Source of the DNA: Lytechinus pictus
Taxonomy: Eukaryota
Reading direction: 5' to 3'
Assembly (NCBI RefSeq): GCF_037042905.1
Contig: NC_087246.1
Coordinates: forward strand, 66,464,001-66,528,000
DNA: 64,000 nt
In this document: one piece after another, positions 12,045 through 24,281 of the stretch
How the letters are laid out: the number at the start of each line of letters is the position of its first letter
Numbering within the stretch: position 1 is the stretch's first letter
Program-made: the position numbers and the translations under genes
The notes under the pieces: model-generated
What the model was told of the DNA's origin: nothing
What the model saw: only the letters and a program-made list of their open reading frames with translations
Databases searched by the model: none

Positions 12045-12549
12045 GGGTGTGTTCAATGTCGATTTTCAAATTTAAACAGCAACATGAATCATGATTGAAA
12101 ACTCAATTAGAAAACACCGAACACAAACACGATCAGCGGTGCAGTGCCCTGTTCAGTGTCAAAAATATATCAAAGCCGTTTACATGTTGATCATCTTTAA
12201 ATTTCCCGCTTTCGTATGCGCAGCTTTAGTGTGCAGTTTGACCCATCACAAGAAAGGTCAGTTCTGTTTGTGTAGGCTTCCTCTACGAGAGCAAATTTAA
12301 AGACGTTTCAATGTCGCATTCGCGATGCTCAAGGTCGTAAAATTTGAGTTGATCGTGTTTTCAAACGCATCTTTTTCAACGTTTAAATTTTCCTCTGAAT
12401 CATGATTTGAAAGACCTTTACTTTTACAACCGGGAATGGAGGACAATGAACACACCCTTTGCTTCTCATTATATTAATATTTTGTAATCACGTTTTGAAT
12501 CATGATCCATGTTGCCGTTTAAATGTGGAAACCGACATTGAACACACCC
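12045..12549. mobile_element. MITE with ~55-bp TIRs (PIF/Harbinger-like), related to 6758-7568
   Basis: gggtgtgttcaatgtcgattttcaaatttaaacagcaacatgaatcatgatt / aatcatgatccatgttgccgtttaaatgtggaaaccgacattgaacacaccc. Confidence 0.85.
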
Positions 12550-13019
12550 TTAGTGACTGATCAAGAGGCAGATTCCTATGATTGTTTGCATCTATTATTG
12601 TGCATTATTATCTACATTTTAGCGATATTTTGGTCTGCATCAATTGCCTGTTCAATACCAGAGCATATTCCTAAAAGGACCGAAATCCGACGAATATCCC
12701 TTAGGCTCATGCATAAAACTTGCAGTTCAATATGAGACCGTATTCAACAATAGCCATAAATTCATAATTGACTACCGGGTATGTCAATGCATGTCAATCA
12801 ATGATCAAATTAAGTGATGATGCCATAATAGTGACATGACTTGCTCAACCAAAGTTCAATAAGAACACAGCTGATATTAAGTGTGCCTACACTACGAATA
12901 ATCTTAAGATTGTTCTGATTAGAATGATTGCTAGACCTGGGTCTTGTTTCACAAAGATTTGCGATAATAATAGGAATAAGTTTTATGAAACAGCAGCCAG
13001 GGAAAAAACATAGGGCCTA

Positions 13020-13200
13020 CATGGGGGCTTGGGTTAATTTGTCCTGGAAAATTAAGAAAGAGCCCCAGAAAATCAAAAAGAGCCCTGGAAAATAAAGAAG
13101 GGCCCCAGAAAATTAAAAAAGAGCCCCAAAAAATCCCTATTCACTGCAATGTTAAGCTTATACAATATTGTAGATATTTAAGCGGTAGGCTATGTTGTGA
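13020..13200 (+). repeat. Dispersed repeat end with a ~20-bp minisatellite (about 4 copies); related copy at ~61530-61660
   Basis: Units like gagccccagaaaattaaaaaa at ~13050-13133; shared aaatcccta/gttcactgcaatg/attaa with ~61587. Confidence 0.55.
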
Positions 13201-15379
13201 TTTTTTTTTTGCCTGATTAACAATCAAAACAGAGGTATAATTTGGAAGTCAGGCCGATGAGGATGTGACTTATTTTTCAAATGAATGTTCCTCTCGGGAG
13301 TTATTTTCATGTGGTATGAATCCAAACACTTTAGAATATGAAAACAGACAATTTTTGAGAAAAGGCTTGAAATCTAAAGCATGAATAATTCACACGCTAC
13401 TTCTTGGGCCTCACATTCTCTCTTGCTGGGAATTAATTTCAAGTAGGTACAGGAAAATTCATGAATATCACAGAGGATAGAAAATATACGCAGCAGCAAC
13501 TTAATAACTAGAACAAGCTCAACAAAAATTTTAACAAATAAGTTAATGGAGGTAAATGAATGAATAGATCAACAAATAAAAAAAGTTACTAAACAGACAA
13601 AAGAACAAATTGATTTCAGTGAAATGCTGTATGAGCAATGAATAAATTGGCAAACTTCATGTCAACAATAACAAATATAAAATGTTTGATGCTAGGCCTA
13701 TTTGATGTATTGCAAGATATGATACCTGCAGCACAAAGATTTTTTTTTAACCACCTCTGTGAATAATTTTAATTCTCAAAGTTGATTAGCAGTTTTGGTC
13801 ATTATTGGATAGCTTTAGGAAAAGTTTTGTACAGTCCTACATCAAAAACTGTGAAAAATATAGTGTGTAGCAGTAATATTGAAAATCCAAAGAAAATTAT
13901 CATGGGATACCAGCAAATTATCACCTGAATCTACATATGTACAAGTATCCAAACTAAAACTAAATCAATGATTGACAGTGTTACTTGAAAAGCAAAAATG
14001 CTCATTACTTGAAAAATAGATAGCAATCAGTTCATTGCACATCAAAAAATCTGTCAGTGATTATCACGGAAAACTTTCAAAAGCTCATATAAAATCCCTT
14101 GCATCTGATTGGCTCAGAACAAATTACTCATTGAAAATCGAAGACAAGATGCTTTCATGAAACTCTCCCCCAGAAAAATCCAGGGGTTGGGCCCTAACAC
14201 ATTTATGACGCATTTCAGTGCCATATTTGTAAATTAAAATCTCAGCTGGGTAAATATTACCTTCTGTAATCAATATATCTCAGCGCTGCTGAGAAAAAAA
14301 CCACATACATGACTTGTATGAAAGCCGTACTGGGGTTCTGAGCATGCACTTCAAATGTTCACAACAGAGTAGCGTACATGTATTGTGATATTAAATAGAC
14401 AAATAAATCAATTGAAACAATACAAGCTCATAATCAATTTACAAACTCAAATGTAAACTTTAAATAAGCATAATGCACAGGCTGCCTTCAATAAAAATAT
14501 TGGGCTCGTCATATTTATAAAGTGCTATATAGACAGAGGAGGCAGAAGACTAGATGACCCAAAAATGTAATTTTGCTCTCAAATATTATCATAATTATTC
14601 AGTTTTGATAATTCTGATCAAATATTGGTTTCTTTCTTTATCTATGAGACTATATAGTCTACCTCTAATTTTTTTTCTTGATGTAGAGAAACTGACACCT
14701 TCGCTTGAGAATTTGAATTCAAATCACAGTTTTCGAGTGAGCGTGTGAAAGGTCCGATGATTCTCAAGACGAATTGCAATCATCATAGATTCACGTGTGA
14801 AAAGGCCCTTAATGACTAACTCTGTATACATGGGAATCTGTTTCAATATGGATATTTGTTTGTTGCACACATTATTAACACCTTTCTCATCACCTGAATT
14901 TTAAAAAAAAATGTGTTGGGGTGGGGGTGGGATCTTCAAGCATCTGGTGGGATTTTCTCCCACATCTAATAAGCTTTGCATTATCAAGGTTGGACAATCA
15001 TTGAAAATTAATTACTGAAAATAACAAAAACCCTGTATGATATAGGCAATTAGTCTAACCTTGGAATTTGGATCAGATGAGAACAGACTTCTGACAAGGC
15101 ATTAATTAAGATATTAATTTATAAATAGCAACAGATAATTACAGAATCATATGAATGGATCCTGTCAAACCAGTCACATGTGATAGAAATAAATTTGGAG
15201 GCTTTTTAACCAATCTAAGAAGACTTTGTGTGCCATTGTTGTCATAGATAGCATGTAAATTCACCATTCTTTTTCCCTTTTTGAAATATTTATGCCTGAA
15301 ATTTGTGTAAGATTATACCATGGTGATTCTCTACCAACAATCTACCAACATGATCATCAACAATAGTGCTACTCATTGC

Positions 15380-15489
15380 CACCATGCCACCGCCATTATC
15401 TTTTCATTCATTATCACTTCCACCATCACATTGTAACGATTATCATAATTACCTTCATCATCATTGCAACCACCAATAACATCATCATC

Positions 15490-15526
<37 letters not shown>

Positions 15527-15890
15527 CCATCATCATCATCACCCATCNNNNNNNNNNNNNNNNNNNNNNNNNNNNNNNNNNNNNNNNNNNNNNNNNNNNN
15601 NNNNNNNNNNNNNNNNNNNNNNNNNNNNNNNNNNNNNNNNNNNNNNNNNNNNNNNNNNNNNNNNNNNNNNNNNNNNNNNNNNNNNNNNNNNNNNNNNNNN
15701 NNNNNNNNNNNNNNNNNNNNNNNNNNNNNNNNNNNNNNNNNNNNNNNNNNNNNNNNNNNNNNNNNNNNNNNNNNNNNNNNNNNNNNNNNNNNNNNNNCAC
15801 CATCATAATCATCATCATCATGTATATCATCAAAAACCATTATCTGTTACTTCATCATCACTCCCACCCCCTATCTTCATCATCACCATC
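15380..15890. repeat. (CAT)n microsatellite region spanning an assembly gap
   Basis: Pure and degenerate CAT/CAC repeats on both sides of the N run. Confidence 0.95.
15548..15797. other. Assembly gap (250 N)
   Basis: Run of n characters. Confidence 1.
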
Positions 15891-16708
15891 ATATTCTTTC
15901 AGCACACAGACACTCCGAGTTACAAACTATTCACTTTTATCTACCTCAAAAATTATCTTTTCTCTTATAACCTAGTATTTCCATGCTTTCTACTATGTTT
16001 CGGAAAAACCATGTGACTAATAAATACATTGCTATAACAACTAGCCGTCCGATGTAAACAAAGCCTGATCTCAACCCAGATTGCAATAATTTTTTAATAA
16101 CTTCCACATAAAATAGACTGCATGCCATCAATGCTTGTGGGGAAGGTTACATTACATTGCATTATTTAGCATTTAATTTGGAGATTTGAAGAGTAGCAGT
16201 GGTACTATGGTATCCAAGGTGATACGGGTCATCCTACCTCTAATCAATACATGGCTTCGTGATCAATGAACGATACCTTCTCCCTCCAATCAACCTAAAT
16301 CAAATAGGCTACATTTAAAGGTTGTCTCCAATCAAGCAACGGAAACATGAATCAATTTTTTTCATTTAATTTTTTCCATTCTCTTGTTCGGGGGGGGGGG
16401 TGGGGTGTACATGTCTTTTAGAAGAACATAGATAGGACACGAAAGACATCTGCATCCCGTTTCATAAAACTTGTAACGTTAAAAATTTTGCAATTACAGT
16501 TTGATTGACCGATATTAAAGTTGTTTAATTAATACAAGTCTGATGAAACAGAACGTTGCCTTTGACTTTTCATTGGGTTGAAATTAATGCAATCTACGCC
16601 AACTATGTTAATCAATGTCAAACATGAATAAATGTTCTTGTTTTTTCTTTCATTTTTTTTTCCAGATCACTTGGGAGAGTATCTCAGAGGATACCTAGAT
16701 CCAATCTG

Positions 16709-16840
16709 GATGCCATAACACAAAACTTAGCAATGATCGTAGAACATTTTTCTACGATTGATTCCATTGACTATAATGTACAATGATCAATCGTGAAAAT
16801 AAAGCGTATGATCAATCGCTAACCTTTGTGTTAAGGGACC
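16709..16840. mobile_element. Short palindromic MITE with 3-bp CTG TSD (Harbinger-like)
   Basis: ctg|gatgccataacacaaaacttagc...gctaacctttgtgttaagggacc|ctg. Confidence 0.7.
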
Positions 16841-18089
16841 CTGGTCTCACAAAAAAAAGTCAAAGGAATTCAATCTCCTATAGAAATCAGCAACATCATC
16901 ACCTACAATTGTATTTGTCAAATTCATTGTCAGCTCCAAGGTTTCCCAAAATTTGCAAATGTATTTTTAACTCCTAGTATATTCGTACATGTATTGTAAT
17001 TGCCATTAAATATTTATGGATGATGAATTTCCACCACTTCATTCGAAATTCCTAAAGAAGAGTCAGAGCAGTCGAAACAGAATCGAATGCAGTCTGCTGC
17101 TACCGTAACAATGACAAACAATATATTCAATTGCAAGCTTTAACATTATTGATCTGCAAAGCCCTGTTTAGTCACATTGATCGCCTTTTGTAAAGACGCA
17201 TCCATGGGAGCATCTGAAGGCAGGCATGTAATTGGGGTCAATAGTGCCCCTATTGATACTCAGGGCTGTCACTTTTCCAACAAAAGCCCATAAAGAAATG
17301 CTTTTATTGTTTGACAATGTAATGAGACAGTTCCTTACTAAACATTCAGCATTGCTGAATATATTTTATCAAATGAGCAATTGCAAAGTAATTGAATAGA
17401 TATGAATTAGGAATGGGAAGAGGATAAGTAATTGGGGTGTATTAGAGTTATTGATTGAGTACATAAAGAACTTATTGATCAGCGCATTGGACTAGCAACA
17501 GTTGTCACACCCACAGCAGGCCATTACTGAATGCTAAAATCAATATGTCATACATGTATGTCTGACAAATTATATTGGGCAGGTAGACATACTGTAGTTC
17601 AAAAGTCTGGGTGGAAATGGAATGAAACTATCTTTTTTTTTTAAAGGCCAAGTCCAAACAACTAATAAATTTGGACTGTTAGAGAAGAATCAAACAAGCA
17701 TGTAAAGGGAACTCCTCTCCGACAAAAAGTTGATTTGAAATTTATTTTTTAAAAAATCATTCTGATAATTTCATGAAAATCAGAGGGGATATGGTGCTCC
17801 TATTCATGGAAGGACTTTTTGCTTTCTTGACATTAATTACACTTTTTGAAGCACACAGGATCAGAGGGGGGGGGGGGGTTAGGGTGGGGGCAATATGGTG
17901 CTCCTGGTCACTGAAGATGTTTTTATTGTATTTTGAAGCACAAGGTACTGCTTTTGAGCTTTATTCAAGGCTTTCAGTGAACTAGAGCAATAGCACGTAG
18001 TTCAGCACCTTGAAACAACACTCAAATTGAAACAAGAAGACAAACAATGTGTTTTAATCTCAGACTCTCGGGTGCAGACAATGCAACCT

Positions 18090-18290
18090 GTGACACGACA
18101 TTTCCTCCTGCGACAATTGCTCCGGGCTTAATTTCGTCTAAGATGTAGGGTTACGGTGAGGGTTGCAATAGGGTTTTTATGTTAGGTAAATGGTTAGGTT
18201 TAGGGTAGGGTATATTGTTAAAGCCAGGGTTGAATTTGGTTATTCGATTAGTGAGTGGAATTTAGAGCAGATCAATTGTCGTCAGAGCAT
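18090..18290 (+). mobile_element. MITE-like repeat with internal telomere-like (ttaggg/ttaggt) degenerate units
   Basis: ctcctgcgacaattgctcc / agatcaattgtcgtcagag inverted ends; internal ggttaggtttagggtaggg; fragments elsewhere in the window. Confidence 0.6.
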
Positions 18291-19003
18291 CAGTCTGATA
18301 CAAGACAGACAACATTTACGTTTTCATATTCAACAAATTGACAGGGAGATAAAATTTGACCTAAAACTTAAATGAAAAATCAAAGAACTATGGGATACAG
18401 AAAGAAATAGAGGAAAGTGGAGAAAGGCAGGAAATAAAACAAATGCGGAGTTTAGAAATCTATGTCTATATAGTATTCTGATCTTGTTTTTTTTTCCACA
18501 ATGCAATTTTCTCTGCTGTTGTAAATTAATATAGTAGCATTCATTTTTCATTAATAAATATCATTTGATTTTTAGAGTAGCATTATCAAAAGTATTACCT
18601 GGATCACTTATTGTATGTCCGGACAGGTTGTTTGTCCAGACAAGAGTGTATTTTCAGGAACTTCACAATCAATATTTGGAATCAAGTCTTTACTCTAGAC
18701 ATGGTATAAACTGTTAAAAAGATGTTAAATTTGAGTCTGTGCTTGCAGGGTGATGTATTTCCACCAGAGGATAATTCAAGTTTGAAACCAACTACTCCCT
18801 CAATAGTCAGGGGCAATTACACAGCAAGCCATACTGAACGATGTACTGCATTGACTGCTTCTCCTAAAATATAGTATAACATTAACTTTTTTTCTTTTGC
18901 CCAACCCCCCCCCCAAAAAAAAAAAAAAAAATCACCAAATATGTCATTATAACAATTATTCAAGCTACCACATAGATGGACTACATTGTACAATAGATCA
19001 ACC

Positions 19004-19329
19004 CAGGGTAGAAACTCATTTTTCTTTTTTAGGGGCTATCTTTTTCCACATTGGGGAGATTGCATAAATGTTGGGGCTAATTCTTTCATTCTAAGGGCTA
19101 TTTTTTTTTTGGGGGGGGGGCAACAAGTGATTATGCAGTAAATGCAAATATCATTATTCTGCCATAATTAGAATATTCTAAATTATCTTGAACATTGTTG
19201 TGACAGATCATGGGGCTACTCTATAAAGAATGGTCGCCCCAAAGCATGCATTTGGGGAGAATTCTAGAGGCAATTTGAGCTGTCATGAGGGTGAAATCGC
19301 CTGTTGCCCTCATTTACATTCCAATCTTG
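19004..19329. mobile_element. hAT-like non-autonomous element; decayed second copy at ~59270-59525
   Basis: cagggtagaaa...ttccaatcttg termini; near-TSD gatcaacc / gatcaccc (7/8); shared ggcaatttg(a/g)gctg...atgagggtgaaatc with ~59472-59500. Confidence 0.65.
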
Positions 19330-20045
19330 GATCACCCCCAAATTATGAACAGAAGTGTCTTACTTGTTATTCATCAAGAGTGACATGATCACTTTTAATT
19401 AACCATTCTCCATACTTTGATACGATTTCTTTAACAATCTATAGTCTAACTTAACTTGTCTTTCAAATTCTAGTTGGCATGGATGATGGTTACTTTTAGC
19501 ATCCAAAATCAAAGCAAACTTAGATAATTGAATTAGTCAACAACATGATCAGCTGGTCTCTATAATCCTTCCAAGAATAGAGGAAAAGATGTCATCCAGA
19601 AATTTGGTTTTATTCCTCAAAGGCAAACACACATAATGGCCCTCACAAATCAATTCAAATTCAAATTTAATGACACTTGCAGGCCTTTATTTTTCAATAT
19701 TTTCAAAGCAAAGTCACTTTTTTAAGAAATTCAATGTTCTTATACATGTATGATGGCACAAATGGCTCAAATTAAAAAGGGCCACAAAAATACACTACCC
19801 AAATCCAGTGAAAGGATCATAGAGACCAACTGAGAGGTGTGAGATAACAATGGCTGATGTAAAAGTTGTAGTGACAAAAAAAGGAAAGGCCAAAGTAAAA
19901 AATTGCCTCATTTGCTTCACTCCATCAATGTGCATATTTGGCCAAAAATAATGTACCCAATATATTGGGCTCCATCTGTTGGTCTTAAGGACCAAATATG
20001 AAAAAGGTTCGCATCTATGGGTCTCTAGTCTAGTCTTGTCAAAGT

Positions 20046-20615
20046 CCCGGGGGGGCCACTTACATTGACGAGTGGATACCATGCGCGACCAAAAAAACAC
20101 GTAAAAAGGATGTCTTTTTCATGATAGGGCACGTTGCGTACGTAACGTAATAAGGGTGTCAAAAACACTAAAATAATTTTAAAAAGGGTATCTATTTTCG
20201 ATAGGAAAGCTACGTGTATAGATCAAATTTGCGAGGGTATAACAAATCAAGACTAAAATGTTTTATAAAGGATGTACTTTTTGCCCCAAGAGTCAACACT
20301 ATAGTAATAGAGTACGATTTGCGCGAGTGGGGCTGTACTAAACCCAATGATGCAGGTAAAGGTAAAAACGACGACCGACGTCCGTGACATAACAATTGAA
20401 ATATCGCTGTACTTATTTAGGGGTTCAAATCAGGGAATACTTGCCAATAGTATCGTTATGTTTCCAATACTTGTTAAGGGCAGGGTTTCACACGCCAATA
20501 CTTGTTAAGGGGTGCATTTCCAGAATATGGAAAATATGTGTTTAGGGTGCTTTTTTAGACCCAATGGTCGCGCATGGTATCCACTCGTCAATGGAAGTGC
20601 CCCCCCCCCCCCAAG
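20046..20615. mobile_element. MITE with CCCGGGGGGG-type termini, ~45-bp TIRs and perfect 8-bp TSD
   Basis: TSD gtcaaagt at 20038-20045 and 20616-20623; TIR cacttacattgacgagtggataccatgcgcgacca / tggtcgcgcatggtatccactcgtcaatggaagtg. Confidence 0.9.
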
Positions 20616-21120
20616 GTCAAAGTACTAGAGGAATGCTAATTCATAAAAAGGAAAATATTAGGCATAAGGGTCGATACTAGTCATAATCTAGTCAGAGGGT
20701 CACTGACACTAGCGATGGTCGGTAGTCATCAAGTAAGATGTTTGCGAGTCATAAGCAATGAATTGAATAATATGCATGTAGTTGCTAGTCAGAATAAATG
20801 AATGAAAAAAATAACTCACTTGTGATGGCAAACAAAATTAGTTACAAAATAATATGAAATCAATTTTGGGCCAAACGGGGCACCAAGTGAAGCAATTGCC
20901 CATTCATTTTTTACCTATTAAGCTATTTTGACTGACAATTTTCAAGGAGTGGAGTTGGAGTAACTTAATATTTTACATATTTTATGTAAGCAAGAGTCCT
21001 AACCTAGGCCAATTTACTAACATAACTTTTATCAATCTGCCATTTTCACCCTTTGCCATTTTCAATTTTACCTCTACTATTTTCAATTTCAATTCAAGTT
21101 TGACAACTCTGTCTCTGCAG

Positions 21121-21643
21121 CCCGGGGCGGGGGGGGGGGGTACTCGACCAAAAAATTGGTAGGTATGTGCCGCAGGCGAGACAAAAACCGGGGGCCTTGG
21201 AGCGGACTTATCGTAAAAAGGAGGGTCCTCGGAACGGGCTTCGCAACTACAAATGTTTGTGAAAACGGGGGTCGCCTGCGTGTGCATCCCTTTGGAACGG
21301 GCATACATGTATGCAGCTAGCCCAGTGGCATGGGCGCCGGGTGTGCTCACGCAGAGGCGATGGTCAGACAGCGCTCTGCAGCCGCTTTTCACCAAAATTG
21401 CAGCTCATTGTGGCGGATCAATGCGACCGGAACGGCGTAACGAAAAATATGCAAAGCTTTGGAGCGGATTTCTGTCTTCTTTTCTCTCGATAAGAAGAAA
21501 ATGCTATGCTTCGGAGCGGCTTTCTTAGTTCTTTTTCTCAATAAGATGAAAATGCTATGCCCTGGAACGGAAATTTGAGTGTAAAAATGGGGGTCCCGAC
21601 CCACTATGCATTATATATACTGAGTGCCCCCCCCCCCCCCGGG
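21121..21643. mobile_element. Second CCCGGG(G)n-terminated non-autonomous DNA transposon with perfect 8-bp TSD
   Basis: TSD ctctgcag at 21113-21120 and 21644-21651; cccgggg..gggtactc / gagtgccc..cccggg; internal ggagcgg/ggaacgg repeats. Confidence 0.9.
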
Positions 21644-22018
21644 CTCTGCAGCCATCAATTCATTCTCCTCACTGACTCAGACAACACGTGGACATCTATG
21701 CAAATTGTATGTGAAGAGAAGCAGACTGGATGTTAGAAAAAATACTTTCAGTGCCAGAGTTGTAAATGACTGGAACTCCTTGCCGGCAGAGATAGTTACT
21801 GCATCAACGTTGAACAGATTCAAGTCACAGTTAGACAAGTTTTGGTCTGCAGTGCAATATACTCACCCTTGGGAATAGTAACTCTGGCACAGCACACAGG
21901 CACACGTTATTTTAATAGTTAGATGGAGATAGCAACAGTGATAGACCTGGAAACACGACTGCATAAGTAATTGCATTTTTCCAGTAGATCCGGTAATAAA
22001 GGTAATAAAGGTAATAAA
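21644..22018 (+). mobile_element. 5'-truncated CR1-clade LINE: end of ORF2, 3' UTR and (GGTAATAAA)3 tail
   Basis: TRGHLCKLYVKRSRLDVRKNTFSARVVNDWNSLPAEIVTASTLNRFKSQLDKFW is the typical CR1 ORF2 C-terminus; stop at 21878; tandem tail 21992-22018. Confidence 0.9.
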
Positions 22019-22260
22019 TAATTGCTGTTGTCACTAGCATTGCAACCCCTGACATTTTTCTGACATTTTTACAATGAACCAAAGGCATCCAAAGTTATGA
22101 CCTATTAATTCAAGCACTGGAGTCTCTGCTGAACTTCATTGATATCAAGTAGGCTTAATCATGTCACAAACTGAAAACCTAATGAATGGGACTGCTTCTC
22201 AATCATACAGACATGTTCGCATCCATGTTCCGTACCACACTCTTTCATTTGCCTACTCAC

Positions 22261-22313
22261 TTTGCAGTAGAATCTCCGTTGACACTTCGTGTAGAAGAAC
22301 AGCTTGTCCCCAT
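22261..22313 (-). CDS. First coding exon of an unidentified gene, MGTSCSSTRSVNGDSTA(N/K); predicted N-myristoylation with nearby Cys
   Basis: caaaaATGG Kozak context (A-3, G+4); AA|gtgagt donor; MGxxxS motif; CpG-rich unique sequence immediately upstream. Confidence 0.6.
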
Positions 22314-22399
22314 TTTTGATGTAATTCTGGCTCCGAAACTGATCAGGGAAATGTCCAAAATATCATGTGTTAATTTGTGTCAATTAGATCTTTCCAGTA

Positions 22400-22760
22400 A
22401 TCGCTGTCTATCTCGTTTCCACGGCAGCGTAGATATTATTGCGTGTATAAAAATCGTCAGGTTGGTTTAATACGGTAGTCTATTCGTTCGAACCGTAAGC
22501 AGCGAGATACATAACACACGATCCCCCAGTGCAGCGCGATGGCACGGCCGTGGTGGATCGGAAGCAAGACACTATGCAGCTGGGCACCTGCGATAAATGG
22601 GTGTGCGGACCTTTGGTGCAGACATTACACGTTGCGAAGTCATGTCAAAATAAATAAAAACATTACAATGATTATCGAGCTTGACTGCAAGCTATTCAAT
22701 AGTGTTTATTCTACATAATTTAAAGCTTAGTGCACCAATATAGGGAACAACCATTCAGTC
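22400..22760 (-). promoter_or_regulatory. Probable 5' UTR/promoter of the MGTSCSS gene
   Basis: Local CpG/GC enrichment without TIR or TSD hallmarks, directly upstream of the first exon; CCAAT at 22735. TSS not determinable. Confidence 0.45.
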
Positions 22761-23610
22761 GAGTTGGTTTTCGGAGTAAAAGTTTTATAATGAAATTTTA
22801 GTTATACTTTTTGCCGACAATAGTGAAGCAGACGACATATTCCCCGAGGGCGCTCGTTTAATTTTGCCAAGGGGCCTCAAAAGGTCGACCATGGCTCCAT
22901 GGGTCGACAGTATTGTGTTAAGTCGTATACAGAGAGGAAAATTACCGGGAGAATTCAATTTTGCATTTAAATACAAGGAAATACCTCATTTTCAATTCAT
23001 CGCTTGGCTAATAGAATAAACACTGACGAGCACAACAACAGCATTATCATAGAACCTTTAAAAAAATGAGAAAGAATTTCAGGTAAATCCTATACAAAGT
23101 GGTTTATAGGCCTGTATTTTGCTCGAAAGACTACTATCGTGAACCCACTTTTCAATAATTTTATTGTTTTGATGATTTTTGTTGCTTATGAAATCGATTT
23201 AACTATTTTTTTATCTTCATTATATTGCATTGATCCTTTGTTTGTTTTCTCGCCGAAAGCATTGCACGCATCTCGCCGTAAACACTACAATGCGGCCTAT
23301 ACAATCAGTGAGATTATCAATTCATCCACTTTTATTTTATTACATGAAATTAAAATCATTCTATATTTAAGGGTTCCAAGAACAGGGAAATAAATAGTCA
23401 AGATTTTATCAGTGAAATAAGAAAATTAGCAACGTGTGGACGTGACATCATCCTACCTCACTAACACATGATATACAACTGTTTTACAATAGTAAATAGG
23501 CCTTCATGTAAGTTTTTTTTAGGGGGGGTTGCGGAGTATCTGCATTTTCATCATAAATGTCAAGGAAAGTTCTGTTGTGTGTGTGTGTGGAAGTACCATA
23601 GCTGAGTGAA

Positions 23611-23720
23611 GGTGTCGTGGCCGAGTGGTCTAAGGCGCCTGCTGGATCCCAGGATCGGGGGTTCGATTCCCAGCACGGCACTTATGCCCTTGAGCAACCT
23701 GCATTTTATTCACATTGCTA
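23611..23720 (+). mobile_element. tRNA-derived SINE (truncated)
   Basis: A-box tggccgagtgg, B-box ggttcgattcc (~23660-23670), then tgcccttgagcaa SINE body; no proper anticodon arm. Confidence 0.8.
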
Positions 23721-23808
23721 TTAATCGTTAATCAAATAAATGGGGAAAAAAAGAAAAATACTCTATGCATGATTATGAATACCAATTTGTGGACTTATTA
23801 TTGTAGAA

Positions 23809-23847
23809 GTGTGTGTGTGTGTGAGAGTATGTGTGTGTGTGTGTGTG
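23809..23847. repeat. (GT)n microsatellite, interrupted
   Basis: gtgtgtgt runs. Confidence 0.85.
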
Positions 23848-24281
23848 CGCGATCAAAATAGCAACTTTCAAGAAGGAAAGTGAAACACCTGGCGTCTGAG
23901 TTAATTGCCAGCCTGGACCCGTTATCATTGCTAAAGATATGTTGAATAGGTTGCTCTGAATTCAAGGTCACAGTCATAGACAAACGAGTAGACTAATTCA
24001 TAACATTCAGTGTGTGCGAATTAAGCAGACTGAAATTGAAATCAATTGTTTAAATTGTCAGGTCCCCTATTCCAAAACCATCTTCCAAGGACGGTATGCC
24101 AGGCTCGTTCGCACTTAATTGTTTGTAGCAAGTTATTTTGCTCAAACTAGTTTATCAAAAATTGTGGTATTCTAAAAAAGGGGAAGTTCTACTTTAAAAT
24201 AATATTTAACACATATAACATTTTAACGAACAACATGAGCGCAGATCCAATATATAGTAAGGGAGAAATGCCCAAATTAAT

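Noticed and set aside
15373-15975. ORFs of 114-199 aa with poly-D/I/M/S
   Set aside because: Artefacts of the (CAT)n microsatellite and the N gap.
18150-18215. Interstitial telomere
   Set aside because: Only degenerate ttaggg-like units inside a dispersed repeat.
16239-20880. Other minus-strand donor-like sites (16238, 18598, 19363, 20819) as exons of the MGTSCSS gene
   Set aside because: Weak acceptors, stops in the frames tested, or AT-rich non-coding composition. A missed small exon cannot be excluded.
20982-21604. Overlapping GC-rich ORFs
   Set aside because: Lie within a TSD-flanked non-autonomous element; no transposase motifs.
23611-23682. tRNA gene
   Set aside because: Has A and B boxes but no proper anticodon arm and continues into a SINE body; called as a SINE.
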